Source of the DNA: Octopus sinensis
Lineage: Eukaryota
Assembly: GCF_006345805.1 (NCBI RefSeq)
Contig: NC_043004.1
Location: 26,598,001-26,662,000, forward strand
Direction: 5' to 3'
DNA length: 64,000 nucleotides
The notes under the pieces were generated by a model, which made no database searches, was not told where the DNA came from, and saw only the letters and a program-made list of their open reading frames with translations. Positions within the stretch are counted from its first letter, which is position 1, and each line of letters begins with the position of its first letter. A program made the translations under genes and the position numbers. Shown here piece by piece: positions 39,608 through 51,871 of this stretch.

Positions 39608-39654
39608 TCTTTTATATTTTGATAAGCATAACAAATGCGCAACCGGTAAAAAGA
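39608..39654 (+). ncRNA. Variant HHR-like motif (U3-A8 core, A13C) in the sense pLTR of family B
   Basis: TTGATAA-GCAT-AACAA-ATGC-GCA-ACCGGT-A-AAAAGA, with an upstream TCTTTT able to pair as stem I. Confidence 0.5.
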
Positions 39655-39757
39655 ACTTTCACCTAATTAAATTACTTAAATTACTTCAATTATTTGTCAG
39701 CATTTTCTTCATTTCCTTTTTTATATATCACCACTCGTGTTCGACATCTCCTTTTTT

Positions 39758-39813
<56 letters not shown>

Positions 39814-39818
39814 CATAC

Positions 39819-39849
<31 letters not shown>

Positions 39850-39850
<1 letters not shown>

Positions 39851-40055
39851 GTATGTATTTATGTGTCTGTGTTTGTTACCTCTACCATCACTTGACAACT
39901 AATGTTGGTGCCTTCCCGTACCTTAGTAGTTTGGCAGAAGAGACCAATAGAATAAGCACCATGCTTACAAAGAATAAGTCCAGAGGGCGATTTCTTCGAC
40001 TAAAAGGTGGTGCTTCAGCATGGCCACAGTCAAATGATTGAAACAAATAAAAATA
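39850..40055 (+). mobile_element. SINE family 2, 3' half
   Basis: CACTTGACAAC...GAGACCAATAGAATAAG...GGTGCTTCAGCATGGCCACAGTCAAATGATTGAAAC matches the 3' half of 47512-47925. Confidence 0.75.
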
Positions 40056-42963
40056 TAAGTAAAAAATATACAGTACAAATAAACAAAACAGGCATCAGCT
40101 GAGAGCTAAACCTACAGAACATTGTTAAATGTTTACTCCAGTCTGAGATTGTGCTACCGTATTCTACTAAGTTCCATTCTAAAACAAGAAAACAAATCAA
40201 AAATATCCAATTGGAAAACTTTTAACGTTTCTAATATTACCCCTTTCTACAAGTGTGACCAATACCATCCTGTAGTTAGTGCTTTCAGACAGATAAATTT
40301 TGTAGCAAAAAGTTAAGTGCCTTTGTCATAGACATATCCTCTTGCTAGTGACAGGAAATGAACCAACAACTCTCAGTTTGGTTTCTTTTAGCCAATTAAT
40401 TTGGACATCTGAAACTTTCATTCTAAAATTTGCACTGTAATTAATTTCTGATTTCTTTTTTTTTTTTTTTCATATTTTAAATTCCTTTAATGGATATTTG
40501 AAATAGTTGTAATTAATGGATTTTGTAAATGTTTATAAGTATGTCTACTGTTTTTGTTAACTTATAACTAAACTCCAGCAACAATGTCAAAGGGTAGCCA
40601 TTAGCTGAGAAATATGATTTTCTTATTTAAGTTCACAAAACACCATACTGTTGAGATCACGTATTGAACTTTAGAAAAAACAGTTTTGCATTTCTGCTTA
40701 TGAATTGAATCTATAGAAGTCAGTTGAAATAATATATTTTCCTTCTTGATAAAATTAATTTTTCAGAATTTCTGTTTAAAACTTTGGCTAATGGAAAACA
40801 TTAATAATCATTGACAACATTATTGCCATTACCCTTTTAGCATAAATCATAATTATATTAGCATGGGCTAGATAGATCTGCAATATAGTATAACCCTTAT
40901 ATGGTTTGTAAGGTCCAGTGTTCTTTGATCTGACTTAATTCGTCCTTCTTCAGTCTTTCTTAGACTACTGGTATCACAAATACTGGTTATTGTCAACTTT
41001 TGATACTTTCTGTCCAATAACATTAAATTATTAAACCACTGAAATCATTTGTCCCACAAATATTTGCCAAAATATCAGATGTCCAGCCTCTTTCTAAAGT
41101 AATGTATGTATTCAGCCTTGCTCCTATATTAGTATTAGACACATCAAACAGACAATATAAAAACATCAGTCAATATAGATTGTATGAACAATGATGTATA
41201 TATTCATTCTTTTTACATTCTGGCAGATTCAGATGTAAATATGCTAATCACTGCTGTGTTTTATCTTCAGTGAACACCTTATCCTTTCAGGTTTCTTGTT
41301 ATGTTTTCACGACACTCTTCATTAATTGATGCAGTGAGACTTTTAGACACAGCACTGTTTCAGCTTGGTTATGTCTCTTCAGTCAAAGTTACACACAGCT
41401 GACTTCCTAAAACATGTGAACATATAAAAGATCAAATATTGGTTATGGTTTCTATGTTCCTTAGTGCATGAATAGAAATGTTATAATAGATATATATATG
41501 AAATAAAATAAAAATAACGAAGAGCGATGGAGCTTTTTCATGATCAACTGAGTGACTAAAAATAACAGCCAGATCTCTATTTCCCATCTCAACATCTCAA
41601 GAAAAGAAATAGGAGTTTGCAAAGAAAAGATAGGATGGTTCATAGCTAGAATAATTTTCATTGTAGGAGTATTTTGATCAAGGATGATCTTGGGCTAAAC
41701 AACAACAACAACAGCAACAGATGTATATATAACTGTGTGGTTAAGTAACAACTTTTTAACACCTGCTCGACTGTGGGTTTAATTGTGTTCAGCAAATCTA
41801 TTGAGTAGATTTTGGTAGACAGCAGCTTTGTAGAAGCCTGCCTAATGAACTATTCTTGTTTTGCAGTGGTAGATATATTCTCCTGGGTGAATGCTAACAC
41901 CTAAAGAATTTGATGTCTGCAGTATTAAGGACTAAACCTCTTTCCTTTCTTACATCACTGTTAGGGAACATGATAAGAGATGTCGATATGACCCCTCATC
42001 CTCTGAATCATTAACAAAAGGGTTGAGGATAAAAATTACCATTCTGTGAAGGAGTGGGAAACTCTTAATGTCTGTAGAAATATACTTACAATAAAATACA
42101 AATTAATGAAAACCTGGAATCAGAAACATAAAGGAACTAGTTTGTCTTCTTAAAATTCCTTCAAGTTCTCTATGTATCAGTGCCACACTCTCACACATAC
42201 ACACACGTGCACGCACACACACACACACATTATGTTATGTGCAAAGTACAGCTATACTGGATGTGAAGTGAAACAGTGTGGCTCATAAGTTGGTGCAACA
42301 ACTGAAGCTATCAGATTATGTCCACAGATCACAATATGCAGTTATATTTCATGACTTGTAGTTCACCTTCTATAAAGGAGTATCTAAGTTGCTCAAGTCT
42401 AGTTGTTGATCCTCAGGAAATTTTGTAACCATTTCTGGTCTTAAATTTGTCATTCTCTCAAATGCTACATGACAGTGCAGTGTAATGAGTGTCTATGTCT
42501 ACTATGCATTCTAATGATTAGAAGTCTTTGGAAACTCTATAGTAATGCTTAAATATCTTGAAAATGTGTCATTCATAATTTTGAGGGATTAATCAAACAA
42601 TTCAAGCAATAATAGTGTTTATAATATTTATAATTAATCTACAAATATGAACTGATACTTGCTGTAAAATCTTATCTCATTGAAATTCATCAAAGAGACT
42701 TGTAAAATAAAAATCACTGATCTCATTCAGAATATCATTGATACAACAAATGCTGGTGTTTCAACTTCATTTAGCCTTCTCAGTGACAAATTTCACATCA
42801 TCAATCTACTGATGACACCCTTAATGAGTTCTGCATTTTTTAATGCACCAGTCTCTTTGAGACAAAATGTTAATATTAGCTCTGTTCCACATTTGTATAT
42901 ATATATGTTGTTGTCAGTGTATATATTAATGTAGTGCAAGCTGTAGGTTTCCATACTTTTAAC

Positions 42964-43022
42964 CTTAAAAGTAAATATTGATAAACTCTCCATAAAAAGT
43001 GCATCCAAAATTTTCATTTGAT
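42964..43022 (-). other. Possible isolated host exon (xQMKILDALFMESLSIFTFK)
   Basis: A strong acceptor TTTTCACTCTTTTTCACTGCAG precedes an open 59-nt stretch ending AAG|GT. I recognise no homology, so this is speculative. Confidence 0.2.
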
Positions 43023-43514
43023 CTGCAGTGAAAAAGAGTGAAAATCACTAAGTTAAACCCTAAGCAATATTCAAATCAAGACAGAATATATTTATATAAC
43101 ACAAAATAGATTATATCAAAGCCATGGTGTGTAAAATATAATCATTCTAATCAAAAATTCCAATTAACCTATGTCAGTTTTCCTCAATAAATATCCTGCA
43201 AACATGTTTGTTGTTTCACAACAAAAAGAAAACAGAAAAAAAACCCAGAAATAATCACAACGTTAAGATGATCAGCTAAATTATTTGATATGGCAAGACC
43301 CTGAACATTATATCTGAATGTAATCTATATTAGATAAACATCTTCCAAGGATATATACACACACATGCACATGCACACATATGTGCATGTGTACACTCAC
43401 ACACATGTTTAGGACAAATGCTTCAATAACTGGAACATTGACAGTGTGCATACATAAATTATGATATATGCATGTGTGTGCTTATGTGTATGTACACACA
43501 CACAGAGACACATA

Positions 43515-43795
43515 CACACAAGGGATGGTCATACATGCACTCTAATGTTGCTTCCCTGTACATGGCTTGTACAGCTCTCACAAACCACTCATCTATCACT
43601 AGTTTCCACATTAACCACCAGATAAGGAAGTGGGGGCCTGTCAAAAGCTTTCTCCATGTCAACAAAAGCCAAGTATAGAGGTTTATTTTTGGTTAGGTAA
43701 TTCTCCTGCAGCTGTGTTACCAGGAATATAGCATCAGTAGTGCTTCTCCCAAGCACAAAACCAAACTGCATCTCCTCTAATCTAATTTGCATCTG
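43515..43795 (-). mobile_element. RTE-type RT fragment
   Basis: EEMQFGFVLGRSTTDAIFLVTQLQE..KNKPLYLAFVDMEKAFDR. Confidence 0.85.
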
Positions 43796-43799
43796 ATCT

Positions 43800-43838
<39 letters not shown>

Positions 43839-44845
43839 TATATATTGTTATGATTGAAAAATTATATTCAGATAATTTTTTGTTCATATGATACAAATTA
43901 GAACACTGCCCTCTGGTTTTGCAAGCAAAGGCAAAAAGAAATAATTCATTTAAATCACATAACTGTTTAAAGGGTAGGCTGTATGATTTGACATGCTTTT
44001 ACTGTGTGGGCAAACAATAAATACTACTGGTGAAGCATGTGGTAAGTTAGCTTTGTGCTGGGAGCCGATGTGAACGGGAGGCAATGTGAGTTGCTGATAT
44101 TGAACCCGTGGCCTGGAGCCAGCTTGGAAGTCAATGTGCTGGAAGTCGATGGTTTATGTGAATAGTTACCATGTGGTAAATGTCAGTTAATGTGAATGGT
44201 GATGTCTTTGCTGCAAGGAGAACAGTTATAAGTCAGTTCAATGTGATGGTGAATGTGAGTTGGTTAATGAGGATAGCAGCATCTTTGTAAGGTGGAAGGT
44301 TCTGAACTGGATGTGGAAATAGTCAGCATAAACTTGGCAACATGAAGAATGCAGAGTGTGAAGTTGGTCCACTCAAAAAAAAAAAAAGATAGTAAATAAT
44401 TAGAATGGTGAATAAAAGAAGGTGAATAAAAGAAGAGCTCACCAAAAGAAGTCTACTGATTTTAGAGGTAAATGAAAGAACTCTCTAAAATATATTCCAT
44501 AAATATTTATTTGCCTCTTAATTAAGTTCTTTAATTTTGCTTATACTCAACAGTTTTGTTTATTTTCAACTCTTCTGATTTCTAAAACTACTACTTCTTC
44601 CTCTCTAAGCAAATTGGCTTGCTGAGCACACCCATAGTCTTTTGAGTTATGGACACAGACTGTTGGCACCTTCTAGTGGTATTGGGAAGCCGCATGGACA
44701 CAACAATATATATATATGTATATATATATATATACATACACACACACACATACATATATGCATATAAGTGTATTATTTATGTGGGCACATCTGCATATAA
44801 GTATGGATATGCATAAGTATATCTATCTATCTGTAGGTATGTATA

Positions 44846-44881
<36 letters not shown>

Positions 44882-44885
<4 letters not shown>

Positions 44886-45925
44886 TTTTGCGAGAATATT
44901 AATGTGAAATCGTGTGTTGAAACAGATATTGTTGTATTTAGGAATGGTCATTTTGCCAGTTTAGCCAATAAAAACACACGTACTATTTATTTGGTGTTAC
45001 TTTGCTTCAGCGTTATTTATTTTTTACATTAATCTAATCTTATTTCATCCAGAGTTCTTTTGTCACACTCCTGTGACCTCATCAGTGGTCCTTTGCTTTC
45101 TTCTTTCTTATTTGTGTGTCTCTCCTTACTAACGGTCAGCCATTTTGTATTTTGTATTCCTATTGTATGTGTCTTCATTTGCGCATGCGTATACCTCTAT
45201 GTGTGTCTATGTTTACTTAGTGTGTGTGTGGGGGAGGTGCCTGTAATATTTGTATCTCCTGTTTATATACGTTCATGTAATTTGTTTTTGTTTTTGTTTA
45301 TTTTTATTTTGTTCATGTGTTTACCTACTTATTATTATTATTATTATTATTATTATTTTTAATGTATATAGTTATTTACTTCCATTTGTTTATTTATCTG
45401 TGTATTTTATTATGTTTTTAGTTTTGTTTATATTGTTACCAGTTTATGGGGATCTTCTGTCATATGCTGTGGTGTATGCTAGTGTTCCATTCCAGTTTCC
45501 TATTCAGGCTAGGTTTATTTTCTATTATGTGTGTAGCTTCCGTAATGTGTCTGATTGTTGCGTCTGTTCTATGTGTGGACAAGATTTTAACTTCTATGTT
45601 GCTGAGTGAGCCCCTGTGTTCCTGCTCAGTGTGTTAGTAAAGAACCAATGAGCTCTTTTCTTCCTTAAGTTCTCTCCAATGTTCATTTACCCACTCTCCT
45701 ATGCTCCGTGCCGTTTAGTAAGGAGAGACATACAAATAAAAAAGAAGAAAGCAAAAAACCACTGATGAGGTCACAGGAGCATAACGAAGGAACTCTGGCT
45801 GAAATAAGATTAAGATTAATGTAAAAAATAAATAACGCTGAAGCAAAGTAACACCAAATATATAGTGCGCGTGATTTTATTGGCTAAACTGGCAAAATGC
45901 CCATTCCTAAATACAACAATAGATA
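44882..45925 (-). mobile_element. 5'-truncated PLE (family D, Penelope/Poseidon-like EN C-terminus) with an inverted pLTR on the right
   Basis: The minus strand encodes HTEQEHRGSLSNIEVKILSTHRTDATIRHITEATHIIENKPSLNRKLEW. 44925-45125 is inverted relative to 45721-45925. The tail is present only at the left. Confidence 0.82.
45049..45088 (-). ncRNA. Type I minimal HHR, family D (G12A)
   Basis: CCA-CTGATGA-G-GTCACA-GGAG-TGTGAC-AAA-AG-AA-CT-C-TGG. A more degenerate plus-strand copy lies at 45759-45798. Confidence 0.65.
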
Positions 45926-45935
45926 TATATATACA

Positions 45936-46054
<119 letters not shown>

Positions 46055-46188
46055 AAAATAGTAAAGTGTGAAAAAACGACAGAAGGCTTAAATGTTAAAA
46101 AATATATATATTTGTGTCAAAATGTCTGGAGAATATTGGAAAAATTTTTTTTCCTTTTCCTTAAAATGACATAATTTAAAAATTTTTA

Positions 46189-46228
46189 AAGAAATTACCG
46201 GTTTCGCGTGTAGCTTTTCAAATTTCTT
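46189..46228 (-). ncRNA. Variant type I HHR with a U3-A8 core (family C, left arm)
   Basis: AAGAAAT-TTGAAAA-GC-TACAC-GC-GAA-ACCGGT-A-ATTTCTT. Stem I is a perfect 7 bp, stem III is palindromic, and the triplet is GUA. Confidence 0.7.
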
Positions 46229-46799
46229 GTGACGTTATGTTTATATTGCATGGAATTATCGTTGTTTTTATTTCCAGGAGATTTCTAAATAAGGGGAGGT
46301 AGTGAGTGATTTTTTCCGGTGTAGGGGAGATAATCGCTTAAAAATTTTTTTTCCTTTTCCTTGTTAATTTCTCTGTGTCAGTATGTTCAGATGGTTGAGT
46401 CTGGGTTTGTACTTTTCAATGAAGAATGTTTCCTTGTTCAGTCTCATTTGTGTTGATGATCCGAAAGCACATTGGTAAAATGGGAAGATTAAAAATTGTG
46501 GCAGTAGTTGCGCAAAGCAACTACTGCCACAATTTTTAATCTTCCCATTTTACCAATGTGCTTTCGGATCATCAACACAAATGAGACTGAACAAGGAAAC
46601 ATTCTTCATTGAAAAGTACAAACCCAGACTCAACCATCCGAACATACTGACACAGAGAAATTAACAAGGAAAAGGGAAAAAAATTTTTAAGCGATTATCT
46701 CCCCTACACCGGAAAAAATCACTCACTACCTCCCCTTATTTAGAAATCTCCTGGAAATAAAAACAACGATAATTCCATGCAATATAAACATAACGTCAC

Positions 46800-46839
46800 A
46801 AGAAATTTGAAAAGCTACACGCGTAACCGGTAATTTCTT
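46800..46839 (+). ncRNA. Variant type I HHR with a U3-A8 core (family C, right arm, A13U)
   Basis: AAGAAAT-TTGAAAA-GC-TACAC-GC-GTA-ACCGGT-A-ATTTCTT. Confidence 0.6.
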
Positions 46840-47014
46840 TAAAAATTTTTTAAAATTATGTCATTTTAAGGAAAGGGAAAAAAATTTTTCGAATATTCTC
46901 CAGACATTTTGACACAAATATATATATTTTTTAACATTTAAGCCTTCTGTCGTTTTTTCACACTTTACTATTTTCTTATATATTCACCCACGTGCTTTAC
47001 CAAACAAACTTTCT

Positions 47015-47051
<37 letters not shown>

Positions 47052-47052
47052 T

Positions 47053-47333
47053 GGCTTCTGTGCCAGTGGCATGTAAAAAGCACCATTCAAGTGTGGTCAA
47101 TGCCAGTGCCACCTGACTGGACCCCGTGCTGGTAGCACATAAAAAGCACCCACTACACTCTCAGAGTGGTTGGCATTAGGAAGGACATCCATCTGTAGAA
47201 ACCTTGCCAGATCAGATTGGATCCTGGTGCAGCCTCCTGGCTTGCCAGTCTTCAGTCAAGCTGTCCAACCCATGCCAGCAAGGCAAGTAGACATTAAACA
47301 ATGAGGATAATCATGATCATCATCATCATCATT
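47053..47333 (+). mobile_element. RTE 3' UTR fragment
   Basis: Homologous to 34680-34920 and 55600-55810. Confidence 0.7.
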
Positions 47334-47511
47334 ACAATTTTTTTAGGGTGTGTAAAGAGGGAAATAACCCTCATTTGCAATTTTGATGAAATTCGAAACA
47401 TACATATTCCAGTTCATTACAGAAAATATAAAAGAAAAGTCTAATTCTTCAATTGCATGTAACATGGGCAATGCCGGGTATCTTTGCTAGTATATATATG
47501 AATATGCATAT

Positions 47512-47925
47512 GCAGGAGTGGGTGTGTGGTAAGTAGCTTGCTAACCAACCACATGGTTCCGAGTTCAGTCCCACTGCATGGCATCTTGGGCAAGTGTCTT
47601 CTGCTATAGCCCCGGGCCGACCAATGCCTTGTGAGTGGATTTGGTAGACGAAACTGAAAGAAGCCTGTCATATATATGTATATATATGTATGTATGTGTG
47701 TGTATATGTTTGTGTGTCTGTGTTTGTCCCCCTAGCATTGCTTGACAACCGATGCTGGTGTGTTTACGTCCCTGTCACTTAGCGTTTTGGCAAAAGAGAC
47801 CGATAGAATAAATACTGGGCTTACAAAGAATAAGTCCCGGGGTTGATTTGTTCGACTAAAGGCGGTGCTCCAGCATGGCTGCAGTCAAATGACTGAAACA
47901 AGTAAAAGAGTAAAAGAGTAAAGAG
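47512..47925 (+). mobile_element. tRNA-derived SINE, family 2, full length, with an internal TA/TG microsatellite and a (AAAGAGT)n tail
   Basis: A-box-like GTGTGTGGTAAG, B-box-like GAGTTCAGTCCC, a central block, a microsatellite, a 3' block and a tandem tail. Confidence 0.85.
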
Positions 47926-50900
47926 TATGCATATATGATAGGTATGTACATTCGTGCTCTTCTTCTTGCTATCACACATTTGTTTGCAAGCAAGGTAATA
48001 TTCCTCAGTGATCAGACATGTTTTTGTGGAAGATTGAAATCAAGTGGCACTGCTTTTTTAATGGTGACACTCATTTACAACCATCATATCATATCAAGAC
48101 AAAAAGACATAAATATGTATGCAGATATATATGTAGGCCTGTATGAATGTGTGTGTGTATGTGTATGTGTTTGTGTGTATGCTGGCATGTGCCATTGTTT
48201 ATTATTGCATAACCAAGATTGTGTCAAAATCTCTAAGTTACAGATGTAATAAATATAGATCGTTAGATTAAGTACCAGATTGAAATAAATACTGGGATCA
48301 ATGTGAATGACTGAAACTCTTGCTGGTAGTGCCCCAGTATGACTACTGTGCAAACCCTGAAACCAGCAAATGAATATGATTATATATCGTATTTGTTGAA
48401 AGGATTAGGGACAATTAAGTGTTTATAACCCTCAAACATCTTTTCACTCTAATCTTCAACTATTTCCAGTTTAGAAACATTATTTAATGATAACAGTGAC
48501 GTACATTTAAGTTGGGTCCATGCTTCATTCTATGATCTCTTCTTTGACTTTTAAAAAGGTTCTCCTTGAATACTTGATCTATGCTATTAAAAACAAATTT
48601 CATTCTTTCTATTGCTTTAAGTGGAAGAATCTTCAATGATTTACCTTTTAATTGTTTATTGTTAATGAGGAACAATATAGTGCTGTATCTGTGCATGTAT
48701 GTTTGTATGGTAGGGAGTCTATTCTCACTTTCTATTTTCTATTTTCTTAATTCTTTGTATCCCATTCATACTTCATTGTGTTACCACACTGAGGTATCAC
48801 TTTACATCTTGTCGTGTTTTTTTATTTTTTAGTTTGCAATGTTTTTTCTTTGCTAGGCCCAGAGGATGGGGCAGTCCCTATAGCCTTATCAGGTCATCTT
48901 AGACTGGTAAGATTGGTGCAATTAATGTTCTCTTGAATTTTTGTAAATTAACATTTGCTGGAAAGACATGGTACAATCTTCTGAGAAGGAAGAAGTCAGC
49001 ATAATGATTAGTGCATGCCATGAAGAGTTGACTCAAGAAAAATGATGAGAGGAGGGGAGAGGAATAGGATGGAAATGCATGGGTGGAGGTGGGATGGATC
49101 CACTGAGTTTCAAAGAGCAAATACCATTACTGCTGCAACAGAAAAGGCAGAAGGGGTTGACAGTTTGCCTGTGGGATAAATACTAGAGTGTTTTTGTGAG
49201 TGACTTTATGCCAAGTAGTTGAATAATCCTTTTCTGAATGTTATCTAAAATGTCTTTATGCCAGTAGTACAGCATTCCATGTACTAGAGCTACACTCCAT
49301 TGCATTCCCCACAGTGAAGTATTTCTCTGATACTGGGAGCTGAAAGTCTAATGTTGAATTGTTTTAAGTTGACTCCAAGTAAAAAAATAGGTTCAGATAA
49401 TTCTAGTATATTTCTGGTACTAATGTCATGAAGTATGGATGGACAACATGTCAAACTCATTGTGATAGCATTTCAGTCAGAAAATAAAAGAAAAGTCTTT
49501 GAGAAAGGTATTGCATTTGGTGTTCCATTTTTTGGTTATTTTATCACCATTTGGAATTGAACGACTAAGAAAACCTTTTTACTAAATTCAAACTATTTTT
49601 ATGTCTATGAAAGAGAGGAGAGCATGTGAACTATTGACTATTGGTTACTAACATACCTCTTAACTAGTTAGCTTCCTCACCAGTGATCAAAGATCACAAA
49701 CTGTATATTTAAAAATCTTTCAAGTTGATTCGAAGATTCTGAGGTGAAGTGGTGAAGTTAGTGAAATCTTAACAATGCATGGAAGAGAATCTTATCAAGG
49801 GCCTATAAGGTCATACATGTACTGTTGTTAAATTGGTTTAAATTCAAAATCTAATGTTGTATCATAAGATCTATATTAAGTGAAATATAACAAGTAAAGA
49901 GACAAATGTTACAAATTATGCTTATTATCTTATTCTTTCACTAGTGGGCAAGCTTGAACAGCACCAGTTTTTTAGGTAAGCAAATAAACCCTAATAATTA
50001 TTTTAAGTCTGGTAATTATTTAATTAGCTTCATTTATGCTGAGCCACTTAGTTGACATGTGGTGAAAAGGCAAACACAAACATATACTCACGCACACACA
50101 CATACACTCACATGTCCACATTGTGTGCTTCTGCATAGTTTCCTTCTACCAAGTTCACTTACAAGACATTGATTAACTTGGGGTAACAGTAAAAGACACT
50201 TACTCAAAGTGTCATGCAGTGAAACTGAACCCAGAACAACATGGTTGAGAAGTGAACTTCTTAAGCACACAGCCAGAATCTGAAAACATTTGGAATTTTT
50301 CCGTGTATTAGTTATTGCATTACAATTGTTCTGATCAAATGTTGCAGACATGCTTCATTGAACCCTCCCCCTCCGCCTCCTCCTCATCATCATCATCGTC
50401 GTCGTCATTTTAATATTCATTATTTTTATGCTATTTATACGTTGGGTAAAGTTGGAGGTACAAGCTGATATGGAATGTTGTATAACTTCTTATCTCAATA
50501 TTGTATCACCAATCTTTCAAACTTAATTTTCTCAGAGGATAAGACATGACCACCTCTTCCCATTATTTTCTTCATCCACCTGACGTGGACATCTACCATC
50601 AACTCATTATGTACAATCCCTACATTCCTTTTCTACCAGATGTTGCCCTTAGTTGTGCTTGTACAGTTGCCTGTCCTACATATTGCAACTAATAAATAAT
50701 TCTTTTAACATCCAAGTATCATCTACTCAGCTCGCATCTATTTGGCCTTTCAAGCAAGTTTTACTTGTTTGGTTAAGTCTTTTATAAATTCCTTCCACTA
50801 AATCAATAATTATTCCTCTATGGATAGAAACATGTCAATGACTGTCTTCATCACTATCAAAATGTGTTAATTATGAATGGTGGCAAGCCATGGGAAAAAT

Positions 50901-51148
50901 CAATAAAAAACATATTCTATATAACAAATGTCTATAACTACGATCATTACTATTTCTGTTAGATTCATGTAGCTTAATTTTGTAGAAACTGCGGGTCTTC
51001 TAGTCGATAAAATGGCAAATTGGCAGTTCTTATATACTTACAGGGCCAGTCTGGTGTCCATGACAAGCACATTTAGCTTATTCTCACAAGGACAACCTTG
51101 GGGCTATGACAATGGCACTTAACTTACATTGTTACTGGACTTGTCTTG

Positions 51149-51871
51149 AGTTGATTGAATGGTTAAACATTGAATTCTTGATGGCTCAGTTTCTGCTACT
51201 GATGCTGAGCTATGTCTATTTTAAGCCAATTAACCGTTCATAATTTAATTATTGTGACTGCTGTTGAGCTGCATCAAGTGTTAAGAAAGTTAACTTTCTT
51301 AACTACACTTAGCTTATATTGTCACTAGAACTGCCTTGTGTCTGTGACAAAGTCACTAATTTACAATGGACAAGTCCACTTAGATCTAATTATTCAGCAC
51401 AAAGTGGTTTAATGAAACAACTGGAAATAATGAAAGTACCAAGTTTAAATGTATTGCTTGTAAAATCTATGTGATCGACCTGTAAACAAAAAGAGATGTT
51501 TATTAGATTTGTTTAACACTATAGAAACAAGTGTCTTTTGATGATCATATAATGATTTAATGATGGCAAAGAAAAACGATTAATTTGCTGAAGATCGCAA
51601 CTCAATAAGATCTTAATAAAAAGTTGAACAATGGTTTGATCAATTATTGCCACTGGTACTGAACTGTGGCTATTGTTAAACCAGTTAACTGCTCACTGCT
51701 CAATTATTGTTACTGCTGCTGAGTTGATTGAATGGTTAAACATTGAATTCTTGACGGCTCAGTTTTTGCTACTGATGCTGAGCTATGTCTATTTTAAGCC
51801 AATTAACTGTTCATAATTTAATTATTGTGACTGCTGTTGAGCTGCGTCAAGTGTTAAGAAAGTTAACTTTC
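51149..51871 (+). repeat. ~150-bp direct repeat pair (51149-51298 and 51721-51871) within a degenerate minisatellite
   Basis: GAGTTGATTGAATGGTTAAACATTGAATTC...AAGAAAGTTAACTTTCT is repeated at a 572-bp spacing with few substitutions. Confidence 0.85.

Larger units (their letters stand above)
35630..39760 (+). mobile_element. Neptune-type PLE (family B) with an inverted 5' pseudo-LTR and a 3' tail
   Basis: 35630-36147 is an almost exact reverse complement of 39214-39728. A ~30-nt tail (39729-39760) is present only on the right. Both flanks are (TA)n. The RT-EN ORF lies inside. Confidence 0.93.

Noticed and set aside
35630-39728. DNA transposon with 510-bp TIRs
   Set aside because: The interior encodes RT plus GIY-YIG and the repeats are asymmetric (tail on one side), which fits inverted PLE pLTRs.
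44010-44350. Very degenerate PLE RT-thumb-like remnant on the minus strand
   Set aside because: The resemblance is faint and needs several frameshifts, so it is not supportable by eye.
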